A stretch of DNA of 64,000 bases from Octopus bimaculoides (taxonomy: Eukaryota): the NCBI RefSeq assembly GCF_001194135.2, contig NC_068983.1:138041306-138105305 (forward strand), written 5' to 3'. The number at the start of each line of letters is the position of its first letter. Position 1 is the stretch's first letter. The position numbers and the translations under genes are program-made. Under the pieces are notes generated by a model that was not told the origin of the DNA, made no database searches, and saw only the letters and a list, made by a program, of their open reading frames with translations. This document shows, piece by piece, positions 1-12,329 of the stretch.

Positions 1-330
1 AAACGGGCTGATTACTACCTACCTCAGATACCAGGAAACCCCAAAATGGCTGAAGTTCAAAAGATAGTGCTCATGGGAACTGCCCATATCCTACGTAAAA
101 TACTGTCTATGTGATCTCAAATTTTAAAGCAAACACATAATTTTCTTATGGTTTCTTAAACATTCACTTGAACAAAACTGTACAAATCCAAATATATGGT
201 ACCCTAGGCATAACACCTACATGAACTTCTAACTTGTTGTCTCTTGAGGTCTCTGGGTGAGACTTGGATCCAACTTGTACAAATGCAAAACAAAAGTCAA
301 ACATAAAATAATAATAATAATAATAATAAT
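1..330 (+). mobile_element. 3' end of R4/Dong-type (RLE) non-LTR retrotransposon with (TAA)n tail
   Basis: Frame 1, 1-114, reads KRADYYLPQIPGNPKMAEVQKIVLMGTAHILRKILSM*, matching the QKxxLxGTAxILRKxL C-terminal motif of R4/Dong elements. A 3' UTR follows, then a (TAA)n tail at ~308-330. Confidence 0.7.
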
Positions 331-530
331 AGAAAAACATATTAAAGATATTGGAGCTGATGTCAGGCTCGAAGTAAACCAGAAGACAGCATTGTTGGGT
401 ACAGCTCGCATTCTAATGAAAGTATTGTCACAGGAGAAGGCACTACTTGAAACCTTTGGTGATTTGTTATTGCCTGCTTTCAAGTAAAGAACAACCGCAA
501 ATAGAACAGCGAGAATAATAAAAAAAATAA
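331..530 (+). mobile_element. Second, 5'-truncated R4/Dong-type 3' end
   Basis: Begins directly after the TAA tail. Reads EKHIKDIGADVRLEVNQKTALLGTARILMKVLSQ (QKTALLGTARIL motif), then a short UTR and an AAT/A-rich tail. Confidence 0.65.
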
Positions 531-680
531 TCCTTTCTACTATAGACACAAGGCCTGAAATTCGCGGAGATGAGGATAGTCAATTACATCGACCCCAATA
601 CTCAACTGGTACTTATTTTATCGACTCCGAGAGGATGAAAGGCAAAGTCGACCTCGGCAGAATTTGAATTCAAAGAACGG
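531..680 (-). mobile_element. tRNA-derived SINE family A, partial
   Basis: Reverse complement of the central block of the full copy at 41615-41833 (ggtcgactttgcctttcatcc..gtcgataaaataagtacc). Confidence 0.75.
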
Positions 681-1299
681 GAAAAAGCTTCTTAGCATTT
701 CTCCTGCTCTGGTAAATGACGTATTTCATTTCATGGCAACGGATGTGATACTGTTATTTCAGTTGTTCTCATTGTTTTTGTTGGTGAAGACGATGTTAGT
801 TTCGTTAATCTGGTCATTGTTGTTACTTTGTTGTTGTTGGTGTTGTTATCATTTTTGTTGTTGATTCTGTTATGTCGATACTGGGATATCTCATTAGGTG
901 TCTACAGATGAAATGTCACATTCATTAGAGGGTAAGACAGTTGATTTACTACAGTATTTGTTCAATGACTGGGTAGGAGAGAATAAAGATAAATTTTCTC
1001 CGACAGCAACTACTCTCTTCTTTAATTCCACTTCATTTTCGTCATTTTGGAAATTTTACTAAAACATTACGAAAAAAGTATTTTCTGGAACGAGTATAAC
1101 ATACATGTCCAACCAAAGATAGTTGCCAATAGATCATCTTTCATTGTTAGTATTATTTTTAAATAAGATTCAATAAAAAGAAATAAGCGTTCATTCTCAA
1201 CCGCCTAGGTATCTTTGTAGATGTCAAATCGCCTGTACTTTTTTTCCTACCGTCAAAGACAGCATATCGAGTCATCTATACAGAAGTGTTTGTATCCGA

Positions 1300-2870
1300 T
1301 GAAAAACCCGGTCAGTAGAACCTATCTACTCCTCAAGCAGCAAAAGCGTAGATGATCCAATCTGCTCAAGCGAAAGTGAGACAAGACAGTGATCTGGTGG
1401 TAATATATAATGGAAGTGAGTTGCACATTAATCACCTCTGCTCAACACTTCAACCATAGTTCCCTCTCTGTTCGTTTAGAGGAAGATTGGTAATCCTACT
1501 TGTAACTTCGTCCTCGTTCTTGTTTATTTGGCAATCAAACCCAAACAGATCATAAACAACTTAAAGAGTGTGTTGTTTCAGTTCTCTAAGATGCTGATTT
1601 GTAGTATGGGACTTTAATCTGTAGGTACCGAGATGCAAGCCTTCCTACTTATTTGCATTACTTTTTGCTCGTGAGACTGCCTTCTATAACTTTAGAACAT
1701 TACCAAGCATTTAGACCTCTCTGGTATTCTCGCATGCAGGCATAGTTCCTCTGATTCAAGGGGGATACTTCACTAAGTCTCTAATTTCCATATTAGTAGC
1801 TCAAGAGTTAGTACATATAGAGGAGGAGCTAAGAGGGAACCCTCTCCTTGGAATGTATAGAGATGGTTCTGATAGATGACCACAAAGTGGATGTTGTTGT
1901 GTATCGGAGCAATCCCGCCTCCTCTGAAAATGGGAAAGGAAACCAACTAAGAATGGTCAATAAGTGGCGATGGTCGATTCTATCAAAGGCTTTCGATTTA
2001 TCCACCTTAATCAGAGGGTCACCGGATTCAGTTTTGCTACCAACTGCAATGAATCGCATGAGGTGGACTTTAGAACCAAAACAACAGCTCAAGACTGTAC
2101 TTGTCTGCGCTTTCCCAACTACAATGCCGAGGACAAGCGATAACAGTTAGGGGATAGAAATTATTAATAATGTCCACTTTTTCGTGTCAGAAGTGCGCTT
2201 CTACTTCTCAGTTCAGAGAAATAGGAATTCTTCCATTTTTTTGTCAGTTCCCTGAGACCTCTGTCAAGATGTCAGTGAAAATGCATGGTATTTATGTGTA
2301 GAAGTTGTTGAGTAGATCATCAAAACCAGGCAATTGTCCCTTACATACATGAACACTTATTTCATCAGATGTTGACAACTTTTTACAGTACTTTGTTTCT
2401 TCTAGCACAAGCTAGTAGGCACAAGCTAGCCGGCCGTCGTGAACGATACTACAGTTTTCTACGTTCTCTGGTCTATCGTGCAACATGAACAGTTGAGCAA
2501 AGTGCAGTAGGAAAGGCACATACATCCATTAACATGCACCAGTCCTATCTGTCAATGACGAAATTTAAATTGCAGATTTGATACCATGTTGTTTCTGTGC
2601 AGATTGGGCCAAATGAAAAACTTTCGATCCCTAATGTCTATGACCAGAGACCTTAGCTTTGATAAAGAAATCCTCGCTATTGCTTTGAGTAAATTATCAA
2701 AGGCTATTTTTACGGCAAGCACGTCGATCGCGAGGTTTTTCTTAATCATCTCTTCAAACTCATTGACTTCACCTTTTTACTCATTTCTCTCTCTCATCAC
2801 TTATTTATCAAATGATATTTCTGCTCCAATCACCCTCTTCTAAGTTCCACATAACAGTTATTGACGTTCA
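1300..2870 (-). pseudogene. Decayed L1/Tx1-like LINE ORF2 (RT region)
   Basis: Minus-strand fragments PLIKVDKSKAFDRIDHRHL, QGEGSLLAPPLYVLTLELLI and VVGKAQT resemble RT motifs (LDxSKAFDRVDH; QGxPLSPLLYVLxLE). Many stops and frameshifts. Confidence 0.6.
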
Positions 2871-2947
2871 GCTTCCAGTAATTGTGTTACTGTCTATGTC
2901 TTCTATCTAGCAGATACCAAAGTTTTGATCTTGTAACTAACAAGCCT

Positions 2948-3166
2948 TACAGTTCTATATTTTAGAGATGAGGAATTATGTACATTATTTACATTATTTA
3001 CATTCGACGGATATTTGTTCTCATCTTGTTTGTTGTTTTTCTTGTATCATCGATAGTGTTCCACCAGTTGAGACTTTGGTGAACAGGCTTATCACATCTA
3101 GACTCACCATCTGGTTAGATTTAATGGGAGTATCCTTGATCAATTCTGTGAAGTGGGTGAAATTCT
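2948..3166 (-). repeat. Inverted arm of the Penelope element (RT motif-A segment joined to the 3' terminus)
   Basis: 2991-3037 is the reverse complement of 4553-4599 (46/47). 3038-3166 on minus encodes NFTHFTELIKDTPIKSNQMVSLDVISLFTKV. 3144-3166 and 3176-3198 form a 22/23 inverted repeat. Confidence 0.85.
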
Positions 3167-4371
3167 TTGTACGTGAGAATTCCACCCACTTCACAGAACA
3201 AACTTAGTGACAGACACCCATCAAAAAGAACGCACTAGTATACTAATAAGAAACTTGATGGAAATGTTGACCTTCTGTGTAGAAACTACCTACTTCAGTA
3301 TGGACACTGATATATATCGACAAGAGGAGGGTTTAGCTATGAGTTCGCCATTATCAACGGTAACAGCCAATATATACATGGAATACTTTGGGAATTTAGC
3401 TTTATGATCAACACCACTAAAACCGACACTATGGCTATGATATGTTGATGACACCTTCATACTCTGGCCCCACCAGGAAGATGTCCAAGTGCTGTTAGAT
3501 CATGTGAACTCAATAAAGCCATCCACACAGTTCACAATGGAAAATGAAAAAGACAATCAGCTGGCATTCCTGGACGTATTAATAACACGCACCAAGTATG
3601 GATTCAGGACATCCGTATACCGCAAGCCGACCTTTACTGAACGATATCTCAACTTCAATTCTCACCATCCATGCAGTGTAAAGAGAGGGATTGCTCAGTG
3701 TCTAAAACATCGTGCAAAGAATATAAGTAGCGATCGTGATACACACCACGAAGAAATGATCAAGCTCAATAACGATCTGTTAAGCAACAACTACCCCAAA
3801 AGTATATTATTCACTCTAATTATGAAGAAGAGAGAGGATGAGGCCAATAAACTCCGCAGTCTGTCTACCCTATGTGAAAGGCCTCTCCGAAAAGATACAA
3901 AAGATATGCGGTCCATAAGACATCAGGACAGTATTCAGAAGTAATACAACACTTCGCAAATATCTCCTTCGAGTAAAACCACCTATAGAAGAGAATATTA
4001 CCAAAGACTTCGTGTACTCCATCCCATGCAGCTGTGGTAGGCTATCGAAAGGCGAAACATGTCGCCCCCTCAAAATAAGGGTAGACGAACATCGCAAAGC
4101 TGTGACACGAGGAGATATTGATAAATCGGGTATAGCTGATCATGTATTGAGAAATGGAGACCATCTTCCCCTGTGGGATGAAGTTAAAATAATAGACAGA
4201 GAACACCACTGGAAAATACGAAAACTAAAAGAAGCAGCACATATGCTAGGACACAACAACCTCCTAAGCAGACCGAATGCAGATATGAGCAGCATATGGG
4301 AACTGGTATTAAGGAAGGATAGAAAAAACAATAGATTTATAAGCCCTAAAATTCACTCCATAATTGCCCAC

Positions 4372-4444
4372 GGGCATATGGCGTAGCGGTTAATAGCGCA
4401 GGCTACTAACCCCAAGATTCCGAGTTCGATTCCAAGCAGTGACC
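4372..4444 (+). other. tRNA-derived module with Pol III A/B boxes (not a functional tRNA)
   Basis: tggcgtagcggt (A-box-like), gagttcgattcc (B-box), D-arm gcgt/gcgc, 7-nt loop ctACTaa. Acceptor and T stems are poor. Confidence 0.6.
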
Positions 4445-4506
4445 TGGACAATAACAATAATAATAATGATAATGATGATAACATCGAAAAATAGGAATTT
4501 CCCCAA

Positions 4507-4552
4507 GACACCTGAAGAAGGCTGGATGGTATATCAGCTGAAATGTTGTGTT
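4507..4552 (+). ncRNA. Minimal type I hammerhead ribozyme motif in the Penelope 3' end
   Basis: gacac-CUGAAGA-a-ggcug[loop]cagcu-GAAA-ug-UU-guguu. Stem I gacac/guguu, stem II 5 bp, degenerate stem III. Confidence 0.65.
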
Positions 4553-5099
4553 AACAACAAACAAGATGAGGACAAATATCCGTCGAATGTAAATAATGTA
4601 ATAAGTTTTAATTGTAAACCTCTAGCATTATTTTTCTGCACTGGACCAGGGAATAGTATTATTATTAGGAAATAAAATTCCGTATTTGTGTACATGGAGC
4701 AATGCATCATGTCTACGATCCGTACGATACATGCAGGGAGCTCAATGTACATAAATGCATTCTGAAAGTCTATTCGGTTCCTATTAGATAGTAGGAAATG
4801 TGTTAGTACATTTGTGAGGTTTTTACACGCTCCTCATTTATCGACTCATTTTCACACAATCCCAGAATTTCAGTTTAACTTTCTACAGGTACTAAAGACG
4901 GGACACATGGGGTTTGGTCGGCCACTAACATGAAGATATCATTTTCGATAGCTGCCTATCTATATACAATCCTGGTCCACTAAAATCATTGTTATCTTAA
5001 CGAAACAAATGGATTACCCCCACCCTCACACTCAATGCAGGCTGACTAAGATTTGCGTGCAACTAGCTGAAGTTGAAGGTGGGTGCGAGGGTATGTGTT

Positions 5100-6290
5100 C
5101 TGAAAATCTTGGTGTTTGTGATAGCTACTATAGCTTTGTCTATCGTAATACTGAGTCAACAACTTGAAACCGTTTTCTGTCCATGATTGACTGATATGTT
5201 TATCTTAGCGAAAGAATACTTAGAAATGCTTTCCGTGTTGCGTTATTAGAATATTTGTATGTGAAGGAGTTCGTAAAGTAAAAGAACCCTCATAGGTTGC
5301 AGCAACTTGCATCATTAAACTGATACATTTTGTTGATATCGTTATTATATATCAGTTAATGGGTAGAATTTCTAAGACCCTGTTTCATGTAATAAACGTA
5401 TCAATTGTAAAGCAACAAGGTAATTTTATATTGTTGTAGTTCAATCGGCCGAATATAGTAGGATTGTGTGAACTGGGTCCACAAGGTATGCAACAAACAC
5501 GTTTTATATTGGAGTCGGATTTAGAGACCTATCTAATAATTAGATTTTCTTCTCAAACTACACACCTATCTACACGCTCACGAATATCCCTGTGCGGAAA
5601 AAATACACCAAAATATTTACTCTCTAGGTCCTGACTTGATCTATTTTATATATATTCTCCTCCATCATATTACTTTTCCATTCAGTTTGTTTTTCGCTCA
5701 CCTGTCGCCATTTTCTCATAAACATAGCTTTGTAAATCCATTTGTTTATACACTAACATTAATGGCAGTGAATATACATGTTCACTAAAGTATTAAATAA
5801 AATAGTAGTTTAGCTAAAGTGAAAGACCTTTTCAAATGTTTACTACAATACCATTAAAAGTATATTTTGATTCGACGAAAGTTATTGTTAAAAAGTATTT
5901 AAAATCATTTTTGTCTCGTAGTTAAGCAGAAGTGAATCTGAAAGAAAAAAAGACTATTAGTTTTTTTTGAATTCATATATTTTCTATGGAATTGAAATTA
6001 CCACTTTCGCTTTGTTATGCTATAAAAATGTGAAATGTAGGTGTGAATTTTGAGATGGCGTGTGAAATGCCACAATACAAAGTAGAAACAGATTTTAAAA
6101 ACCTTTTAAAACAAACGAGTACAATGAATGTATAACTTCATTTGAATATATCTTATGTGAGTTAGCCCATATCTTTGAAGTTACTTAATGTAATTTTATT
6201 TGCCTCTTCAGATCTTACATCAAGTTATCTCACTATACACATGCACTATATATTTCTAAACACTGATTAAGGAATTAAAACACACCCAAT
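5100..6290 (+). repeat. Diverged direct duplication, copy A (pairs with 15140-16365)
   Basis: Collinear matches, e.g. gaaccctcataggttgc/gaagccttataggttgc, ctcataaacata (identical), tttttgtctcgtagttaa/tttttgtctcgtcgttaa and ctatatatttctaaacac/ctatatatttttaaacac. Confidence 0.75.
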
Positions 6291-6500
6291 GCCAGGGAAC
6301 GAAACCCATCGAATTGTCCCATGATGGCCTAGCAGGCCGAAACGTGGTAGTTACAGTTGATAATATTCTTCTTAAAGAATAGTAATTTTGTACTCTAGAA
6401 AAATTATTGAGTAATCCTTCAGTTTAACGCAAAATTGTTTTTATTATAACTTAGCATAAAAACGAACGTTAATATAAATGAAATGTACATGCATACATAC

Positions 6501-6546
<46 letters not shown>

Positions 6547-6550
<4 letters not shown>

Positions 6551-6935
6551 AGGCATTGCTGTGTGGTACGAAATTTGCTTCCCAACCGTTTGGTTCCGAC
6601 TTCCTATTGCATGGCATCTTGGGCAACTGACTTCTACTATAGGCTCGGGTCGACCAAAGCCATGCGAATGGATTTGGTAGACGGTAACTGACAGAAACTC
6701 TTCGCATACATATATACATATACGTGTATCCCTGTGTCTGTGTTTGTTCCCCATCACCGCTAGACAACCGGTGTTGATGTGTTTACGTCTACGTAAGTGG
6801 TGGCTAGGCAAAAGATTCCGATAGAATATGGACCAGGCTTTAAAAAAATTAAGTACTGGGTTCGATTAGTTCAACTAAAATTCTTTAAGGGGATGCCCCT
6901 GCATGGGTGCAGTATAATTTCTGAACCAAGGAAAG

Positions 6936-6936
<1 letters not shown>
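6547..6936 (+). mobile_element. tRNA-derived SINE family B (CORE-like)
   Basis: Head gctgtgtggtacgaaatttgcttcccaacc, CORE-like cttgggcaactgacttctac and an internal microsatellite. Matches minus copies at 57.8, 54.0 and 63.8 kb. Confidence 0.75.
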
Positions 6937-7006
<70 letters not shown>

Positions 7007-9658
7007 CTTATATGCGCACGCATCTATACACACTGTTATACAATTTCATATATATAGATTAATATTAATATCTGAATTTCCTGCTGTCATTCGCATGTAT
7101 ATTCTTCTATGCATTTTAAATTCCAATGTATATTCATACATACATGCACACTTACGCACACATACGCACACATACGCACATACATGCATACATACACACA
7201 CACGCACGCACACATATGTATGTATATATATATATATATATATATATACATACACACACACATTTGTATACACATATACATGTTTTGCTGTTTTGCCTTC
7301 CATACTTGCAACAAGACAAACACACGCCCTCACACTTGTAGTACATTCACATACACAAATTCACACATAGGAATGCTTGAAAAAATTATGGAGACTCGTA
7401 TGTTCTGGCACTTATTCTCCACGTAATGTGCACATTTATATAATACAATTTTGTACATAAATTCATATTTTTCTCGTAAACTATACATATATATATATGC
7501 ATTCATAATCATACACGCCACTCATTTATATACCTATATGAATATATATCTTACTCATACATATTTGTACATGCATTTGCATATATTCATGTCCATACTT
7601 ATATATGCATAAATATACATATTTACATATTTACATGCAACCTGAAATTGCTTAAGAAAATGTGTTCGTTCTTACAAACACCCGTTCGATATGAATTGAT
7701 GACAAAAATAAGAATTGGAAAACGATTTAAATAGCGTTAAATATAAAGTGATGATAAAAAATAGAGGGCAATGGGTAGAGCACAAGAAGACATTTTGAAG
7801 GTGAATATATGAAAGCGATCGAATCTCATAAAGAAAAGCAATAGAAGTGCATCAGGTAAGCTAACAAAATAAATACATTACTTCACAACATCTGTTTGCA
7901 GTGAAAAGCAAAGATTTTCATGCGAATCAAGACGGTTTCAATTAGTCAGAAGGTATTTTATTGCTTGCTGATAATCAATGGAACTTTATTTTAAGATAAG
8001 TATTTCCTTAGATGGACACTGATTGCAACGGAGCTCAGTTGCAAAGCTTCTATGACGATGTAGTCGTAGTTAGTATCGAAAGGACCAAATAAGTCTGATT
8101 GTGTTATCAATCATCTCTCTAAGAAGCCAAATATACTTTAACGAAGCAGTGCAAAACGTTGTTGAGGGTTTGAGAAAGATTGTCTGTGCTGGCGTCTTTG
8201 AAGCCATCTTCGGTTAGTTAATAGAGAATTATCGTTCAAATGCACTTTAGCGCGCTTAATTAAACTACAGACTTAGTCAAAAAATTGTTATCAAGTAAGC
8301 AGTTACCAATATAAGCGCATTTATCAGTAGGTGCAGGAGTTGAGTACTGATATTTAATTGTTGGTAACAAACATTTTAGCGTAGTCGTATTTCAAATAAG
8401 TTGTGAGGTTTTTGTGTACAAAGTAGCTAACTTTAAAGAAGTTTCTGGTTTAATGAAGACCCTGTGATGCATGGGATTCACTTTGAAATGAAGGAAGATT
8501 AGCTCAAGGAATGCTCTTGTTAAGTTAGACTCTACAGATTTTGGAAGACAGAGTTATACCTTAAAATTCTGGTTTTTCTGCTTTACTGTTCTTATACTGT
8601 ATCTTTTCTAATATCGAGAACCACATTTTGCACGCTACTATGGGAGTGGTTAGAACCCTTATTCATATAAAGCAAATTTCGTCAAGATTATGTTAAGGCC
8701 TAAATTATTAAAGTTTAAAGGAATGTATAAAAAATTAACTACGTTGAGGGTAGTTTCTGTTGATTCGTAATACTCTTGCATTGAAGATTGCATGGAGGAC
8801 GTATTTTGAAGTTCGTGGTTTACTGCGCTAAAGTGCCCTTGGGTCACAATATTTGCTGAAGTAATACATTATGCAACAGAAATTAACTTGAAAACACGAT
8901 TTTACCAGCACGATTTTACTTGACCTCAAAAACGCATCGCAACTGACTTATTAAAGTATAATTGCTTTCTCAGAGAGATGATAGATCACACGTTAAATAT
9001 TACCTGGTCCATTCTACGCTACACAAACATACTGTCATGGACGTTTAGTTGCCAGGCACTATTGCCATTTGAATCTATAAAGGAAAATGCTTATTTTATG
9101 ATTCTCAGATTACTTTAATCACGGGCCACAGTACTTTTTGGTCAATTAGAACTCCCCTCACTATGCATAAATCCATTTGTTCTTGACTCAATACAGCTTT
9201 TACATCAATTTTGTTAGCTTTTCTAAAAACATGTTTAAAGAATCATGTCATTTTCGACTTTTTCTCATATGTAGCACCATAATGTACCTTTGTATCGATT
9301 TTTCTCATGATTTCTTTTTATCACGTTATATTTTTATTACCATTTACTGTTATTATTATTGATTTTTTTTTACCATAACTTTTCGTTTGAATAGTTGCTA
9401 CTAAGAAAAGAACCCATTTTAGGGTGCAAATGCATAACAACATATCTTCGTACACGTATGTGCGTGACCGTTCATGTAAATACGGCCACGTCTCTGTCTG
9501 TGCATAAGTGTGATTATGAATGAATGAACAAGTGTGTGAGTGAGTGCGTGTACGCATGTATGAAGAGTGAGCCTGCATAAAATGGTAATGTCAATTTTTA
9601 TGTATGCACAGGTGCATAGGCATGAAGGTGTCTATGTATATCTGCGTGTATATTGTGC

Positions 9659-9697
<39 letters not shown>

Positions 9698-10607
9698 GTG
9701 CAATTACGTGTGCAAATTAGTATACTTGCCTGACAAATAGGAAATGATGCATAAAACTCCTTTTCATACTCTAGGATGTGGCTTCATTGAAAAAATTCTT
9801 TTTTCTATCCCACTTTAACTTTTAGTCTTTCCTTTGCTTTCAGTGGATATAATATCGATACATTTGCAAATATAAAGGCAATGCAAAATAAGGTTTTACT
9901 CTGAAAAATCCTAGTCATCCAAAAATGTCTCTCATAGAATTCCTTCATAAAACTCTTTTACACAGTGTTTCGATATCATAATATTATTACAATATTTTCT
10001 CCATTTTTGTATGTCTATTCATTATGAATCAGAAGCAGTATATACAGTCACATACTCTCTCTCAAATCTTCACCGATTATGCAACGCATAAGGAACCAAT
10101 GTGTGTTTACTTGCTATCCAATATAAAACCAGGCGTCAAATTCAAATATTTTCTGCATTCTTTTGAATGTTGTCCTAAGATTTTATAGCATTCAGTCGTG
10201 TACTTTTCGAATTGAAGTTTCTTTACTTGTAATTTTCTTATGAAATAACACTAACACTCACACACATACACGCACATGTACACATATACACTGTTATTAT
10301 TGTTCTAATCTCCACTCCCGACTAAAATCGTGAACGGGAAATTGAGACTAATGGTTAAAGAAATTTTCAAATCTCAGTACAGGACAGGATTGTAGTCTGT
10401 TGAAAGATCAGCCCAGCAGTTATTTGCTGGAACTCCAGCTGAATATGTGTGTTTGTATGTTTATGTGTGACTCTGCGGTAGGTACATTTGTCAGTGTATG
10501 TGCGTTTGCATGTGTTCACGAATATTTACACAGATATACATACATAATACATACATGCATGCATACATACATACGTACGTACGTACGTACGTACGTACAT
10601 ACATACA

Positions 10608-10641
<34 letters not shown>

Positions 10642-10859
10642 CTTACATACATCTTCCTGGGAGCATATTTCTCAAAATATACATACAGTGAATATTTCAA
10701 GAGAAAAGCAGGCTCGGTTTACTTGCTGATGATTGGAAATGAGAAACTGAGTGCTAGAAATCGGAGCCTTTCAGTTATGATATAATAAAGATTACTCTAC
10801 ACTTCTATTGAGTAATTTGTCGCTTCTCGTGAATCAACAGACACACCCGCACGCATGCG

Positions 10860-10936
<77 letters not shown>

Positions 10937-11439
10937 ACGCATACACTGACAAACACATTTTAGTTCACGTTGAATGGTTTCGAACCAATGAGAGATGAAT
11001 GCTCTGTACATTTTGCAGAATATAAAGACAACCGAGTTTTTATCTCGCTACTCAAGTTTCATGACACTGCAATCTTCAGGCAAGAACTGGCTGTCTCTGT
11101 TTTGGTGGCATTTTATATTCGTTGATATGAATCTGTTCTAATGATTGTTTTCGTTCGTTGGTTTGATAGTTTGCTTACTTGGTGTTATTTTTCTACTTTT
11201 TCACCGGTTGACTATTTCTTATGAGGAATTGTGTGCTGAATAAATCTTGTTAGAGTAATAAATTTAGTATGAATAAGAAAAGTAAAAAAATCTCACACTT
11301 TCATAACAAAATAACATTGATAAAATAGAGATGAAATTTCAAACACTCGTTGAAATCATTTTACATTAATGATTTAGCTGACGCTTTTAGAATACACATA
11401 TAATTCATATCAGAGTTGATAACGTATGGGTCGTAAGTA

Positions 11440-11560
11440 GAAAGATTTTCCAGGACACTTGTCAAGAGACGTGTGACAGACACTTTGGAAAGCATTACCG
11501 ATGTCAAGGACTAGAACTCTTTCATCAATCTTTTTGAGGGTGAGTGACAGAGCAGTATAT
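11440..11560 (-). pseudogene. Possible CR1/Jockey-type RT relic
   Basis: Minus strand reads VLVLDIGNAFQSVCHTSLDK, similar to xLDISKAFDxVWH. Flanks are too decayed to confirm. Confidence 0.3.
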
Positions 11561-12119
11561 TTCCAACAGATTTGATTTTACTAAATCAAATGGTTACTAA
11601 GAAGTAAAGAATTTCAACATTATTTCAACATTATGGAGAAGAGTTTTGTCTACAGGACTTTTGTAGTGTTAGAAGTGATAGGAATAGTATGTTATTTGTG
11701 TGGTTCAGAGTGGTTACCGTTCATTTAAATAAACTCCAATTTATCCTGGATTAACCATAGCAAAGTAATAATTTCGGAAATCTGTTCCTTCTAATTCGGC
11801 TAATTAATTTCTCGCCTTTGCGTAAGACCATTTCTATGATGACGACAGCACAGCGGATGCCTATATGCTAATGGTACTTACTGTATTGAAGCCTCATGAG
11901 CCAAAGTGAGAGTTTTTATATGATGCCATTATGAAAGCCACCACACTTTTCTCAGTCACATCCTACTTTCTTCAGAAACGAAGGAAATGTTGAATAATGT
12001 AGTTCTAGATACACTGTTTGACAAACACACACAAGGTGGATGAATTCCGACCGGATAAAATCGATAATGTTTCCTCCGGAGCTAAACAACAACAATAATT
12101 ATTTCTAACAGAAGCAAAA

Positions 12120-12225
12120 GTGAGAGATAATTAATCGATTATCTTATCCCCAGAACTTAACTAATAGTTTATTATATCGACCCTGAAAGGTAAACCTTCG
12201 CTGGAAAGGAACTGAAATCAGAAAG
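12120..12225 (-). mobile_element. Degenerate SINE family A fragment
   Basis: aatcgattatcttatccccag...tatcgaccctgaaaggtaaa resembles the reverse complement of the family A core. Confidence 0.4.
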
Positions 12226-12329
12226 TATACAATCGTAACAAAATACTAAAGCGATTTGTCCGACGTTCTTAATGAACCTGTGAAAATACTACCCTCCATG
12301 AGAACGACAAGAATAACAACAGACCAACA

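Larger units (their letters stand above)
2948..4603 (+). mobile_element. Penelope-like element (Poseidon-type RT + C-terminal GIY-YIG), 5'-truncated, disrupted ORF
   Basis: YRQEEGLAMSSPLS, YVDD (3441-3452), FLDVLI, VYRKPTFTERYLNFNSHHP and a GIY-YIG region VYSIPCSCGRLSKGETCRPLKIRVDEH...DREHHWKIRKLKEA (4012-4386). In-frame stops and a frameshift. Confidence 0.9.

Noticed and set aside
4372-4444. Functional tRNA gene (anticodon ACT)
   Set aside because: Acceptor, anticodon and T stems pair poorly, the anticodon is atypical and it is embedded in a retroelement. Treated as a tRNA-derived module.
6317-6350. Hammerhead-like ggcc-tagca-ggcc-GAAACGT
   Set aside because: CUGANGA is replaced by ccatga and the cleavage triplet ends in G. 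At best a dead relic.
8020-8230. SFYDDVVVV as an RT catalytic motif
   Set aside because: No flanking RT motifs in the expected order.
11452-11540. Plus-strand exon with good splice sites (ttttccag ... g|gtgagt)
   Set aside because: All three frames contain stops, and the minus strand fits an RT relic better.
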